Source: an uncultured bacterium
GTDB lineage: Bacteria; Patescibacteriota; Minisyncoccia; UBA6257; 2-01-FULL-56-20
Assembly (NCBI GenBank): GCA_963696395.1
Contig: CAVOJZ010000002.1
Span: forward strand, 431,317 to 495,316
Reading direction: 5' to 3'
Length of the DNA: 64,000 nucleotides
The notes below the pieces were generated by a model. The model searched no databases, was not told the origin of the DNA, and saw only the letters and a program-made list of their open reading frames with translations. The position numbers and the translations under genes are program-made. Shown in pieces: positions 45,909-56,268 of the stretch. Each line of letters opens with the position of its first letter. Position 1 is the first letter of the stretch.

Positions 45909-46427
45909 TTATCGGTAATCAACGCGCCGCGCGGCACTCCGATCGCCCGATAGTTTCCGGAAAATTTGATATCGCTCATTCATTTTCCGTTCGATGAACT
46001 GCCGATCGGACGTTTTCGGAGACTCGCCCGTTTGCACGTTCTGCCAGGTTTTGTGGAGCGATGTTCCCGCCGCCAGTTTTTCAATAAGCGAAGGCGGAAG
46101 TTCAGCTTCTTTTTCCTGTTGGCGAATCGGTGTCCGCGCAACGGGTGCATGTTCCGGTTGCCAGATATAGGTTTGCGGTTTCCAATAGAAGCCCGCGGCG
46201 GCGATGATGATATTAATCAAAGGCCTTCCCTCAATGTGAATAAATGATAAGGCAAGAGCTCCGCCAATAAAGATGATGGCTATTATTACAAAGAGCCACG
46301 TTGCAACCATAAAGTAGAAAATAGCACTCACAAGGCAGGCGGCACCAACGTAAGCGAATTGCCTGATTGAAAATGGGCCAACCACCTTATCTTCCGTTTC
46401 AATGAATTGTGGAACCTGGAACTGCAT
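45909..46427 (-). CDS. PrgI family (VirB3-like) protein
   Basis: MQFQVPQFIETEDKVVGPFSIRQF followed by 2 TM helices. Confidence 0.88.
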   Translation of the reverse strand: MQFQVPQFIETEDKVVGPFSIRQFAYVGAACLVSAIFYFMVATWLFVIIAIIFIGGALALSFIHIEGRPLINIIIAAAGFYWKPQTYIWQPEHAPVARTPIRQQEKEAELPPSLIEKLAAGTSLHKTWQNVQTGESPKTSDRQFIERKMNERYQIFRKLSGDRSAARRVDYR

Positions 46428-46458
46428 ATATGCATTATAAATTATCCCCAGCGTTGTG

Positions 46459-47742
46459 CTAGGGATAATTCACTTTGACCACTTTTGGTTGAGGCGGCGG
46501 AGGAGACGGTTTCTGCGGCTGAGGTGAGGAAGGCATTGCGGTTGTCGGTGTTCGAGGTGCTGAAGGCGGCATCGGTGGTTTCGGAACCGGAGTTGATGCA
46601 ACCGGTGTTTGGCTTGGCACTACAATAGGCTTCGCTATATTTGGCGGAGGAAGCGGACTTGATGACCTCGCTATTACTGGTGTTGTCGCGATCGGAGCCA
46701 CAGGAGCTGGTTTTGCGGTCGGGACGGAAAGTGGCGATAAAGCGGGAGAGCTGCTAACACTCGGCGTGGCGATCGGCGTGGGCTTCGGAGAAGCCCCGGT
46801 GACTTCAGTAACGTGCCTGTCAATCGGTTGCGTTGAAATTTGAAATTGCGTGTAGTGAGTGAATTTTGGAGCGCTCGAATCGGATTGCGTAGGTGCGTTT
46901 GTGAGTGAGCCAAGTTCGAGAACTGCCGGCTTCACTGCCTGCTGGGATTTAACCCCGTCAAGTGAAACCTGCGCATCTCCTCCCGGTTTCGAGAGGTGAA
47001 AATCGGTGGTCTTGTCGCTGGATGTGAATTTTGCATCTTCATGGAGAATAACTGGTGCCGGTCCTGTTGGGGGCGTTCCAATTTTTGCCTGCGTGGGTTG
47101 TCCTGGCGTCGCTACCGGCCCCGTTGTTTTTGACCAACCCGCCTGCGTCAAAGGTGAAGCAGCAAATTTACCCTCTGAGGGAGCCGGGATCCTTGTCGTT
47201 GAACCTGGGATCGAAGACAAAACAGCAGAAATCGGTTTTTGCGACGCTGGCGCAGCGATCGGAAAAGACGTTGGAGTTACGGGTTTTGGAGCGACGGAAT
47301 TCAGAGGTTTAAGTGATGCCTGGGCTGAGCCGCCTGAAACCATATCGAAAACCATACTTGGGGAAGGTCCGCTCGCTGCGATGTCCTGGATTTTTTTCGG
47401 CAAAGTTTCGAACTTGCTAAGAGGGCTATAAATTTTGTCGAGGTCAGCCTGTAGCGGAGTGAAAATTCTCTTCTTAAGCGCGTCCTGGATGTCGGACGCT
47501 GTTTTGCGATCGAGGGTCAATCCTTCGACTATCTCAAGAGCTACATCTTCGGGATGAAGGAACCCCATCATCACGTAGCCGGCGATTTTTGCAATTGCAT
47601 AGATTTTTTCGCTCGGAACGTGCTCCCCTTCGCACGTTCTCCACAGGAAATCGGAATTTGTTTCAGAATACAAAGCCTCTCGCAAGCTCATCGGCAACAA
47701 ATCCCAGCGATCTAATGTTTGGTTTGTCGTGACGGTAATCAT
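46459..47742 (-). CDS. Hypothetical protein with a folded N-terminus and a long Pro/Ser/Thr-rich tail
   Basis: LPMSLREALYS...GYVMMGFLHP...RIFTP followed by low-complexity sequence. Confidence 0.8.
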   Translation of the reverse strand: MITVTTNQTLDRWDLLPMSLREALYSETNSDFLWRTCEGEHVPSEKIYAIAKIAGYVMMGFLHPEDVALEIVEGLTLDRKTASDIQDALKKRIFTPLQADLDKIYSPLSKFETLPKKIQDIAASGPSPSMVFDMVSGGSAQASLKPLNSVAPKPVTPTSFPIAAPASQKPISAVLSSIPGSTTRIPAPSEGKFAASPLTQAGWSKTTGPVATPGQPTQAKIGTPPTGPAPVILHEDAKFTSSDKTTDFHLSKPGGDAQVSLDGVKSQQAVKPAVLELGSLTNAPTQSDSSAPKFTHYTQFQISTQPIDRHVTEVTGASPKPTPIATPSVSSSPALSPLSVPTAKPAPVAPIATTPVIARSSSPLPPPNIAKPIVVPSQTPVASTPVPKPPMPPSAPRTPTTAMPSSPQPQKPSPPPPQPKVVKVNYP

Positions 47743-50105
47743 GATTTAGGTGCGGTGGCTGAAGCGGCGCCGGGACTCCCACCGTCACCGAATGTTGCAT
47801 TATAGGCAAGCGATTTTTTAATGGAATCCATGGCGAGCTCAAGATTTTTTTCTTCGACAGTCATCTTTTTCTTCAGTTCTTCGCGCTGCTTCTGGATGTC
47901 CTTGATCGTTGATTCCATCTTGCCCCTCGAAATCGTGAGTGTTTTCTTTGCGGCCTCCGTGGTGGCTTCATTGATTTGTTGTGTGAGCTTGCTTAAGCCC
48001 TCTTCCTGGTCCTTTATGTCTGCTTCCATTTTTGCATCCTCTTTAAAGTAGGTGCGCTTGTCCATCTCCCCTCTGATTTGCTTAATATAAATGTCCGTAA
48101 ATTTTGGCAGAGTCGTCCTGTCCATCTTGCTTAATTGACCCGACGCAAACTGGGGAGCTTGCAATGCCCAATTCTTTGCCAGGGCTCTTGCGATAGGCGT
48201 ATCCTCTTTGAACGCTTCGTTGCCATTCACTTTATTGGCATCTGCTTTATCCCAGCCTTTCGTAAACTTCGCGGTTTCGTCGTCCAGTTCTTTTTCCGCC
48301 ATTTCCTTTTCAGCATCCGATCGTGCCCCCTTAACCTTCGCTTGGGCCGCTCTCATTGGTTTGTTGCTGCCGAGTTGCTTATTAACATCTCCCAAGAGCT
48401 TGCCTTGACCATAATTCGTGAAGAGGCTTTCGTTCTTGTCCAGCCAGGTTGCGAAATCTTGACCCTGTACCTTGTCAATTTTATCGAGCTTGCCTCGCTT
48501 TTGGAGCTCTTGGATATAGGCGAGTTGTTTGTCTGCGCCCAAAATCTTACCCGTACCCATCAGTTGATCTCGCAGCTCTTCGTCTGAGCGATCGCCCATC
48601 TTGAGGTCGGTTGACGCTTTTTTAACCAGATCTGCGCCGCCTTTCTTTGTGAGATCTCCCATCGATCTGCCAAGAGAAGAAACTCCTGGGATCCTGCTGC
48701 GTTGAAGGGCTCTATTGATGGCATCTCCTCCTCCGTACGGGAGGCTTTGGTAGGCTCGTCGGGCGACCCTCTTCGAATGCTTCCCTGCGAATCCTCCCAC
48801 CTGCCCACCAACCCACTTCGCTCCGTGCATAATTGCGTCCGATCCGGTGAGGGAAAGCGAATTTGCCGCATAAATACCACCAAGACAAAGCCCAACCATC
48901 ACAATTTCCTGGAGAGCCATCGGGAGAAAGCCTACATGGCCCGTTTGGAGAGCAGCTGCCAACATCGGATCGTTCGGATTGTTCGTAAGAGACGTCGGGA
49001 GCGCCGCAATCGTAACATTCACTTGGCCGCCAACTACACTCACCGACAAAATCGCCAGATAGAGGAAAAAGAGCGACAGCGCGGGGAACATTGTCCACTT
49101 AAGGAATAGCCCCCACCATTTTGCGAGATAATCAAACTTCGGGAATATCCAAGTGAGCCATGCAAGAGGAAGTATAATAAGCAGGATTGATAGGTAGACA
49201 TAACGGATTATCATTAATAGTCCGATCAGAATAAGAGTGAAGGCCGTTATGCCTATAAAGATTGCAGAAAAGAGTCCCGACATTACCGCCCTTACGAAAT
49301 CGGAGGCTCCAGTTTGGTCTGAGTTTGTAAAAAGCGTCGATAGATGAACGCAGAGATAATTGTTTAAAGATTGGAACCACGTTCCGGCAGTTTGTTGCGC
49401 GCAGGAACTTTGCGCGACGGGTCCAGCACTCGTAAGATCTGGTGGTGTCCTAAAAGCAGCCGGTAAAAATGCAGTGGTTATGGTTGTAGTGAAGTTCGCC
49501 GCACCGCCACTTGCATTCAAAAAATAGCCGGTAAGATTATCTGCCAACCCAACGATAGGCCCGGTAATTACAAGACCAAAATTTACAAGGATCGCCATCG
49601 CGATCAACTTCCAAAGCATTTGTTTGATGCCGTAAGTTTCGTTGCGAAGAATGGTTGCGATCGCTATGACTATTATCCCCAAAACAAAGCCAAGGTTTGC
49701 CAACGAAAGAGAAATCGAAAATCCTGCCTGAACTGTTTGTGAACTAAAAACGGCACCGCTTAAATTAAGGCCTTCAAGAATAATAATCCCCCCAAGAGAG
49801 ACAAGGAGAGAAAGTGCGTCGTTTATTAAGGTGCTTATAAGAGCAACAGCCGATGTGCCGGGGCTACTTGCCCAATCGTACCAAGCTGGAATTTGATTTG
49901 TGACGCCCGCACTCTGGGATCCGCCAGTCGTTCCTGGGGTTGTCGGTGCCGATGGAGACACCGGAAGCGGTGAGACTGGAGCCAGTGGCGGGAGCGGCTC
50001 TATCGGCGCGACTTGTGCATGAACTAATACCGCACCAAAAAGCAAAGAACAGCTTACGAGAGCAAGGATTCCTGCTAGATATTTTTTATAGCTGGTCGTT
50101 TTCAT
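47739..50105 (-). CDS. VirB6/TrbL-like polytopic membrane protein with a large cytoplasmic C-terminus
   Basis: Signal peptide, LANLGFVLGIIVIAIATILR, ILVNF, RYVYLSILLIILPLAW, WW...FPA; TAATG overlap with the upstream gene. Confidence 0.75.
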   Translation of the reverse strand: MKTTSYKKYLAGILALVSCSLLFGAVLVHAQVAPIEPLPPLAPVSPLPVSPSAPTTPGTTGGSQSAGVTNQIPAWYDWASSPGTSAVALISTLINDALSLLVSLGGIIILEGLNLSGAVFSSQTVQAGFSISLSLANLGFVLGIIVIAIATILRNETYGIKQMLWKLIAMAILVNFGLVITGPIVGLADNLTGYFLNASGGAANFTTTITTAFLPAAFRTPPDLTSAGPVAQSSCAQQTAGTWFQSLNNYLCVHLSTLFTNSDQTGASDFVRAVMSGLFSAIFIGITAFTLILIGLLMIIRYVYLSILLIILPLAWLTWIFPKFDYLAKWWGLFLKWTMFPALSLFFLYLAILSVSVVGGQVNVTIAALPTSLTNNPNDPMLAAALQTGHVGFLPMALQEIVMVGLCLGGIYAANSLSLTGSDAIMHGAKWVGGQVGGFAGKHSKRVARRAYQSLPYGGGDAINRALQRSRIPGVSSLGRSMGDLTKKGGADLVKKASTDLKMGDRSDEELRDQLMGTGKILGADKQLAYIQELQKRGKLDKIDKVQGQDFATWLDKNESLFTNYGQGKLLGDVNKQLGSNKPMRAAQAKVKGARSDAEKEMAEKELDDETAKFTKGWDKADANKVNGNEAFKEDTPIARALAKNWALQAPQFASGQLSKMDRTTLPKFTDIYIKQIRGEMDKRTYFKEDAKMEADIKDQEEGLSKLTQQINEATTEAAKKTLTISRGKMESTIKDIQKQREELKKKMTVEEKNLELAMDSIKKSLAYNATFGDGGSPGAASATAPKS

Positions 50106-52267
50106 TATTGTTGGACGGTAACACTGCATGTTACCGGGGTGTCACTGGCAGTGTCGCTCAATGTGACTGTGTAAGTCCCAGGGTTAAACACGTGAGAAAA
50201 AGTCGAGCCCGTGCTCGAGGCACCGTCTGATGAAGCCCAGTTGTAGGTTGGATAATTACCACTTGAATCGAATGTACCGCCAGCCGCACCGATGGTTGCA
50301 GGAGGAGTGCTCGAACCAATTACGTTAACAGTTTGCTGGGTGGGAATGCACGAAAGTGGCATTTGCGCAGGTGGAGTCCCTCCGCCCTGAATGGAAGTTG
50401 GATTTATGCTTAACATGCCGTTCACTGCGTTACCCGCTGCGCTTACCGCGGCGTTTTCGAGCCCGGTGAGAAGCGATCCCGTTACGGCATTCAGGAGACC
50501 AACAATAGCGTTTGCAGCTGCAAGTTGTTGCGTCGTCCCTTCGGCAGAGCTTTGTTCCGAATTTATAGTGAAAATACCCGGGGTTGTTCCGTTTGGCTCG
50601 GCACCATTTGCACAAGTGCCGTTATTTGCTTCGGCTTCCGGTGCCCCAAGATTGTTGGCAGGGCAAGGACTGTTCGAAGTGTAATCCTTGCCGCTCGGGT
50701 CGGTGCAATAATAACTGATGCCATTTGGGTTGCTCCCATCGGCGCAGACCTGATCGCCCTTGCCGCCTTGCGAAGCAATACTTTTGGCTTGCACTGCTTG
50801 TTGGGCGTTGCGGGCGTTAAGCCCCACAGCAATCGAACCAAAATAAAGCGAATCATAGTAATTGTTTGTGGGCGCTGAACCTGCCCCGAACGCGAGCCAG
50901 CCTCCCTGCGAAAAATTATTATAAAACTGCTGAAGCGTGTGCCCACTCAAAGCCGCTTGAAATGTATTCGCGCAACTATTGTTGCCGTTTGAATAAGGGA
51001 GCTTTAGCATGACGCTGATTTGTGGTAAAAGCCCCGGATAGCCACACGCAAGAGGACCGTACTGACTATTGATATAGGTTATAGCCCTTTGGGTATATGC
51101 GGTCACGAGCTGGGTGCTCCAGTTCGTGATAAATCGCGGGGCGCCACTACCCTGGATCCACACGAGAACTTTCCGTTGGACGAGGGCAATCAGGACGTTT
51201 TTGAGGATTTGGAGCAGTGTATTTTTAATAGCATCTTCCAATTGCTGTTCGATGTTTTGAAGTTGGTTTGTCGAGATTAATGTCCACGTCGCGGGATCAA
51301 AGACTTGCCATTGAGCATGAGCCGTTGGTATGCCGAGAATGTTATCAACAATTGCAAGCAATCCATTTTGCGAGTCATCCTTCCCTTGGAGAGAGACGGC
51401 GTTATTTGCTATCGCTTGACTATCTTCCTGGAGCTTTTGTTCCGCCAATTGAAATTTTGAGTCTTCAGTCTGGAAAATAAGAGAGGCTTTCACCGGATCG
51501 GTCTGCGCAAGTGTTAGCAATTGGAAAAAGTTTTTATCATATACAAATATCTTCACCATGTCTTTTTGAAAGGGAACAAGTTGGCTTGGGGTTTGAAGTG
51601 CGAGCGTGTCGCCGAGCGTCTGTTGCATTTGAGATTGTATATATGCGAGGTCGCTCGTGTCAGCATCGCCGGAATTATTTAATATGCTCTTGACTCGGTC
51701 ATCGATGTGAGCACTCAGGACGCCTTCCAGTGCTTTCCCATAAGACTCAACTGCCGCCGGATTTGAAGCGGCGGCAATACGCACTGGTTGCGATGCAGCT
51801 TCAATATCCCAGTCTGGAATTTGGAGTTCTTGTGTTGCACTTGAATTTGCCACAACATTTACGATTCCGGTTACGTCGGGTTGTGTGAGGACGGGGTCTC
51901 CGTTTGTGTCATATGTTGGACCATTTGGATTCGTTCCAATAACTCCGCCAAGATATGAATCGGCTAAGGCGTCAGTCAGGTTGCTTGAATCTGACAAAGG
52001 AGCGGACGTGGTAGCTAGAATGGCCGCTGCGTTCGCCGCCGCCGTTTCAATCGCCGCAGAAACTTGATTATTCGATTGGACTACAAAGGCGTTATTTTGA
52101 ACCGGGTTTGAAGACGTCGGAGTATCAGAAATTGTAGCTTGAACTTGCGCTTGTTCGCTTCCGGTCGCCTGCACGGAGTTCCCTACGGTCGAGACAATAA
52201 GAGCCGAAGCGCCAAGTGCGATAGCCAAAATCAGAAAACCGGTGATCAATTTCTTGACATCGATCAT
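50105..52267 (-). CDS. Large secreted protein with an internal VirB5/TrbJ-like motif and a C-terminal PKD-like domain
   Basis: N-terminal TM, internal PTAHAQWQVFDPATW, WIQGSGAPRFITNW, FSQGGW, GTYTVTLSD. Confidence 0.7.
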   Translation of the reverse strand: MIDVKKLITGFLILAIALGASALIVSTVGNSVQATGSEQAQVQATISDTPTSSNPVQNNAFVVQSNNQVSAAIETAAANAAAILATTSAPLSDSSNLTDALADSYLGGVIGTNPNGPTYDTNGDPVLTQPDVTGIVNVVANSSATQELQIPDWDIEAASQPVRIAAASNPAAVESYGKALEGVLSAHIDDRVKSILNNSGDADTSDLAYIQSQMQQTLGDTLALQTPSQLVPFQKDMVKIFVYDKNFFQLLTLAQTDPVKASLIFQTEDSKFQLAEQKLQEDSQAIANNAVSLQGKDDSQNGLLAIVDNILGIPTAHAQWQVFDPATWTLISTNQLQNIEQQLEDAIKNTLLQILKNVLIALVQRKVLVWIQGSGAPRFITNWSTQLVTAYTQRAITYINSQYGPLACGYPGLLPQISVMLKLPYSNGNNSCANTFQAALSGHTLQQFYNNFSQGGWLAFGAGSAPTNNYYDSLYFGSIAVGLNARNAQQAVQAKSIASQGGKGDQVCADGSNPNGISYYCTDPSGKDYTSNSPCPANNLGAPEAEANNGTCANGAEPNGTTPGIFTINSEQSSAEGTTQQLAAANAIVGLLNAVTGSLLTGLENAAVSAAGNAVNGMLSINPTSIQGGGTPPAQMPLSCIPTQQTVNVIGSSTPPATIGAAGGTFDSSGNYPTYNWASSDGASSTGSTFSHVFNPGTYTVTLSDTASDTPVTCSVTVQQ

Positions 52268-52368
52268 TTACCTTTATTATAGCTCGCTGATTCTACAATA
52301 TATATCGTGGTTATCCCCACGGAAGGCGCATAATGAAGCGATAAACAGGGGCGCCAGGAGCTTCCTCC

Positions 52369-53166
52369 TTAAAAAAACATGCGGGCGAGACTCGAGATGT
52401 CGCGAATGGTCAAATCCTGAGGACGAGAACCGGGGTTGATGCTAAGTTTTGTGAGCTCCGCCTCAGTTTCCTGTTTAGAAAGTTTTTTCTGCGTCCCGGC
52501 GTAAATATTATTTAAAATCGTCTTCCTTGGTTGTGCAAAAATTGACCGAACGGCGTCGTAATAGCGGCTCGGTTCAACTTCTTCCTGTGCAGTCTTTGCC
52601 TCGAGGAGCACGACGGCGGAATCGACTTCGGGTATCGGAGAAAAATCTTCTTTTGGAACGTGCATAACAATTTTTGCCACCGCCCAAAACTGGACGCTTG
52701 CCGCAAGGCGATTCATGTCGGGTGGTTTGGCGCACATGCGAACCGCAACCTCGCTTTGAACCATAATCACGGAACGGGCGGGTTTATTTTCGAGATCGCT
52801 TATCACTCGCAATAATTTTCCGGTTATGTAATACGGAATATTGCCGGCAAGTTTCCATGGAGTCCCTGCTGCAAGGTTTTCACGAACGAGATCAGGTAAG
52901 GCGGTTAGTGCATCCCCTTCTATTATGTCTACGCCTTGCTGTCCTGTGTCTTTTTTTGCAAATAAGGCATGCAGCGGATGGGCGAGATTCAAGTCTTTTT
53001 CGATCGCCACTATTTTACGGACCGTCTTCGCCGCGATTGCGGTAGTAAGCTCTCCGTGACCCGGTCCGATTTCAATCACAAAATCATCCGCACGAAGATC
53101 GAGGGAGTCAATGATTTTTTTAAGCGCTGACTTGTTTTTAAGAAAGTGCTGGCCGAGACGGGGCAT
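52369..53166 (-). CDS. rsmA: 16S rRNA dimethyladenosine transferase
   Basis: LGQHFL, EIGPGHGELT, GNIPYYIT, MVQSEVA, PEVDSAV. Confidence 0.95.
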   Translation of the reverse strand: MPRLGQHFLKNKSALKKIIDSLDLRADDFVIEIGPGHGELTTAIAAKTVRKIVAIEKDLNLAHPLHALFAKKDTGQQGVDIIEGDALTALPDLVRENLAAGTPWKLAGNIPYYITGKLLRVISDLENKPARSVIMVQSEVAVRMCAKPPDMNRLAASVQFWAVAKIVMHVPKEDFSPIPEVDSAVVLLEAKTAQEEVEPSRYYDAVRSIFAQPRKTILNNIYAGTQKKLSKQETEAELTKLSINPGSRPQDLTIRDISSLARMFF

Positions 53167-53207
53167 AAATTTGGATATTGTGATACTTACCTTAGCACAT
53201 TGTCCTA

Positions 53208-55133
53208 TTAATAGAATACCGTTGCCCCATCGTCGTCCCAATCGCTCCCGCTTCCGGCGTCCGACTCGGCTCTTGGCGCTCCCGCGCTCGCGCCGGCAAA
53301 GGCAATGCAGTCTTCCGGTATTTCCGAAATGAAGCGCGAGGGGATTCCGAAAAAGCTGATAAAAAGATTTTTCCTCGCGCGGGTCATGGCAACGTACATA
53401 AGCCTTCGTTCTTCTGCGAGCGAGGGTTCGCTTTCAAGTGATCGGCCGTGCGGCAGAAATCCTTCGGCGGCGCCGGCGATGAAGACTGTGTCGAACTCCA
53501 ATCCCTTTGCAAGATGGATTGTCATCATGCTAACCTCTTTTCCCCGCTTTTGTTTTTCATTCACATCGTCTGTAGCCTGCAATAAACTTAGCTTTTCAAG
53601 AAAATCGGGAAGGGTCTCGAATTCGGAAGCGAACGCAACAAGTTCCGCAATATTTTCCTCGCGCTCGTCAGAGTTGATAAAATTTCCCTCGAGATACTCC
53701 ATATAATTGAACGTATCGAGGAAGAGCTTCATCATTTCGAGCGGCTTTACTCCGGCGCCTTGCACAAGCAGCTTTGCGCGAAACTCGGCGAATTTTCTTT
53801 TCGTTAGATTTTTTTCGAGCCGCTCCTTTGCGACTTCATCTTTATCGTTCGACGCATAACGAAGCGCTGCGATAGCATCTTTCACTTCACGCCGCTCGTA
53901 GAATTTTAATCCGCCAAAGATCTTATAGGGAATATCGCGTCTAATGAGAGCCTGCTCAACCGCGCGCGACTGAGCATTGGTGCGATAAAGAATAGCAATG
54001 TCCTCGCTGCCCCTCCCGCGCTGCTTGCCGATTTCCTGTGCAATCCATTCTGCTTCTTCGTTTTCGCCCCACGCTTCGAAAAGCTGAATGCGATCCCCTT
54101 CCGGATTGTTTGTAAATAAATTTTTTGGGGTGCGGAACGAATTATTTTTTACGACCGTTGCCGCCGCACGAATAATATTTCCGGTCGACCGGTAATTTTC
54201 TTCGAGGAAGTGAACTTGTGCACCTTTCCAGTCCTTATCAAAATCCAAAAAAGTTTTTATATTCGCATAGCGCCAGCTGTAGATGGTTTGTTCGTCATCG
54301 CCCACGACGCTCAGATTCCGATGTCCCTCTGCGAGTAGCGTCACAAGCTCGCATTGTTTTGGGTTGATGTCTTGATATTCATCCACAAGGATGGCGTCAA
54401 ACATGTCTTGATATTTCTTGAGCACGCCCGGATTATTTTTGAGAAGAGAAACAACCTTTTCTATGAGATCGTCAAAATCAAAAGCGTTATTGCGCGCCAG
54501 TGAGTCTTCGTATTTTTCAAAAACAGAAATTATATTTTTTGCGGTCTTTGCGTCAATGTTGCCCGACATGCCGGAAGCTCCGTTTCCCGATCCGCCGGCA
54601 CCGCCAGCCAACGCTTTAAATTCCTCAAGAGCCTCAGCCCGATTTTTAATCTCGGATATTTTTTGTGCAAAGAAAGCCGGTGTCTCCCTTTTGTTTACCT
54701 TCTGTCTTGCGATGCCATCGTCATCCTTTTGGGGTTTCGGCAACACGTTCTTTACCGCTTTTTTGATGAGATCGAACGAGTCATGGTCGTCGAATATCGC
54801 AAAATTCGGTGTCCGCCCAAGATGATGACATTCTTTTCTAAGGATTCGAGCTCCCAGGCTGTGGAATGTACTGATGAGTGGCTCGGATGCGCCTTCCCAC
54901 ATAACATCAACTCTATTGAGCATTTCTTTGGCGGCTTTGTTCGTAAAAGTTATCGCGCATATCCTTTCCGGGCGGATTCCGGTGTTAATAAAGTAAAGGA
55001 TCCGGCTCGTTAAAGTCTTTGTTTTGCCCGTTCCAGCCCCGGCGACAATTAAAAGAGGGCCATTTTTGGCTTCGGCAGCAGCCTTTTGGGCTGGATTCAT
55101 GGGGAAAACGTGTGGATGCTTGGATTTTTGCAT
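53208..55133 (-). CDS. UvrD/PcrA family DNA helicase
   Basis: AGAGTGKT, TFTNKAA, VDEYQD, GDDEQTIY, NYRST, TIHLAKGLEF, EERRLMYVAMTRA. Confidence 0.95.
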   Translation of the reverse strand: MQKSKHPHVFPMNPAQKAAAEAKNGPLLIVAGAGTGKTKTLTSRILYFINTGIRPERICAITFTNKAAKEMLNRVDVMWEGASEPLISTFHSLGARILRKECHHLGRTPNFAIFDDHDSFDLIKKAVKNVLPKPQKDDDGIARQKVNKRETPAFFAQKISEIKNRAEALEEFKALAGGAGGSGNGASGMSGNIDAKTAKNIISVFEKYEDSLARNNAFDFDDLIEKVVSLLKNNPGVLKKYQDMFDAILVDEYQDINPKQCELVTLLAEGHRNLSVVGDDEQTIYSWRYANIKTFLDFDKDWKGAQVHFLEENYRSTGNIIRAAATVVKNNSFRTPKNLFTNNPEGDRIQLFEAWGENEEAEWIAQEIGKQRGRGSEDIAILYRTNAQSRAVEQALIRRDIPYKIFGGLKFYERREVKDAIAALRYASNDKDEVAKERLEKNLTKRKFAEFRAKLLVQGAGVKPLEMMKLFLDTFNYMEYLEGNFINSDEREENIAELVAFASEFETLPDFLEKLSLLQATDDVNEKQKRGKEVSMMTIHLAKGLEFDTVFIAGAAEGFLPHGRSLESEPSLAEERRLMYVAMTRARKNLFISFFGIPSRFISEIPEDCIAFAGASAGAPRAESDAGSGSDWDDDGATVFY

Positions 55134-55171
55134 ATTCAGGTCTGAGGTGCTAAGATATTCATATTAGTATT

Positions 55172-56251
55172 ATGGTCGGAAAACTGAAAAGTAGATACAA
55201 ACCACTATCCGTGGCTGTTTTTTTGATTGGGGCAGTAGTTTTTTTTCGATTCGCTTTCCTTCCCCAGACCGGAATAATCGTTGAAAAAGGGGTTCTCGGG
55301 GGTCCTTCTCCCTCTTTATTGCCGACAGCGCAGGGGGCTGAATTAGGGAACGTCATAACCAGTTCGGGAGCGCTTCAAGACCAAGGAATGGCTATTGATT
55401 CTTCCGACGGAACCGGCGATGGCGCTGATGTTGCGAATTCTGAGACTCCGTCGAATGACCTAATGGGAGAGAAAGGGACGATCGAGGATCCTGGCCAGCC
55501 CATTGGACCTTCCGTTGATCGGGCGGGGCTTGTGACGTATGTCGTGCGATCCGGTGATAATCTCTCGAAAATCGCCTCATACTTTGGAATATCAGTGCAA
55601 ACCATCCTTGATGCTAATCCGGGAGTTAAGGCAGGATCGCTGAAAGCCGGAGCGAAACTGCAGATTCTTCCGACGACAGGCGTCATCTATCAAACTAAGA
55701 CCGGCGATACCCTCGGATCGATCGCAACCGCGTTTGGCATCCCTCAGGATAAAATAACTCAATTTAATCCATCGGTAAACTTTGGCTCGCTCGACGCAGG
55801 GCAGACCGTGATCATTCCGGGCGGGACGGACATGGCAACCAATCCCCTTTCATCGAGCGTATCCACGCTGCCAAACTTCGACCAGGATTTTATTATGCCG
55901 ACCACCGGATACAACTGGGGAATTCTTCATCATGAAAATGCGGTTGATATCGCCAATTCGTGTGGCACGCCTGTCGTTGCCGCCGCGACCGGCGTTGTGA
56001 TTCCCGATCCGCAAATTTCGGATGTCTTCGGCGCATGGAACGGTGGCTACGGAAACTTTGTGCTCATCGAGCATGCTTTCGGCAACAATGTTGAGACGCG
56101 GTATGCACACTTGGAAAAAATTACGGTGCAAGTTGGTGATTACGTAACGCAAGGTGAGCAGATTGGGCTCATGGGCGAAACCGGCGACGCAACCGGATGC
56201 CATTTACACTTTGAAGTTTTAGGGGCGCATAATCCATTTGCAAAGAGTTAG
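55172..56251 (+). CDS. LysM x2 / M23 peptidase
   Basis: Two LysM domains, HENAVD, GGYGN, YAHL, HLHFEV. Confidence 0.92.
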   Translation: MVGKLKSRYKPLSVAVFLIGAVVFFRFAFLPQTGIIVEKGVLGGPSPSLLPTAQGAELGNVITSSGALQDQGMAIDSSDGTGDGADVANSETPSNDLMGEKGTIEDPGQPIGPSVDRAGLVTYVVRSGDNLSKIASYFGISVQTILDANPGVKAGSLKAGAKLQILPTTGVIYQTKTGDTLGSIATAFGIPQDKITQFNPSVNFGSLDAGQTVIIPGGTDMATNPLSSSVSTLPNFDQDFIMPTTGYNWGILHHENAVDIANSCGTPVVAAATGVVIPDPQISDVFGAWNGGYGNFVLIEHAFGNNVETRYAHLEKITVQVGDYVTQGEQIGLMGETGDATGCHLHFEVLGAHNPFAKS

Positions 56252-56268
56252 TTTCCTGAGGCCGGTTT

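Noticed and set aside
40205-52267. Integrative conjugative element call for the VirB4 cluster
   Set aside because: No integrase, relaxase, coupling protein or flanking direct repeats in the window, and it is embedded among core genes
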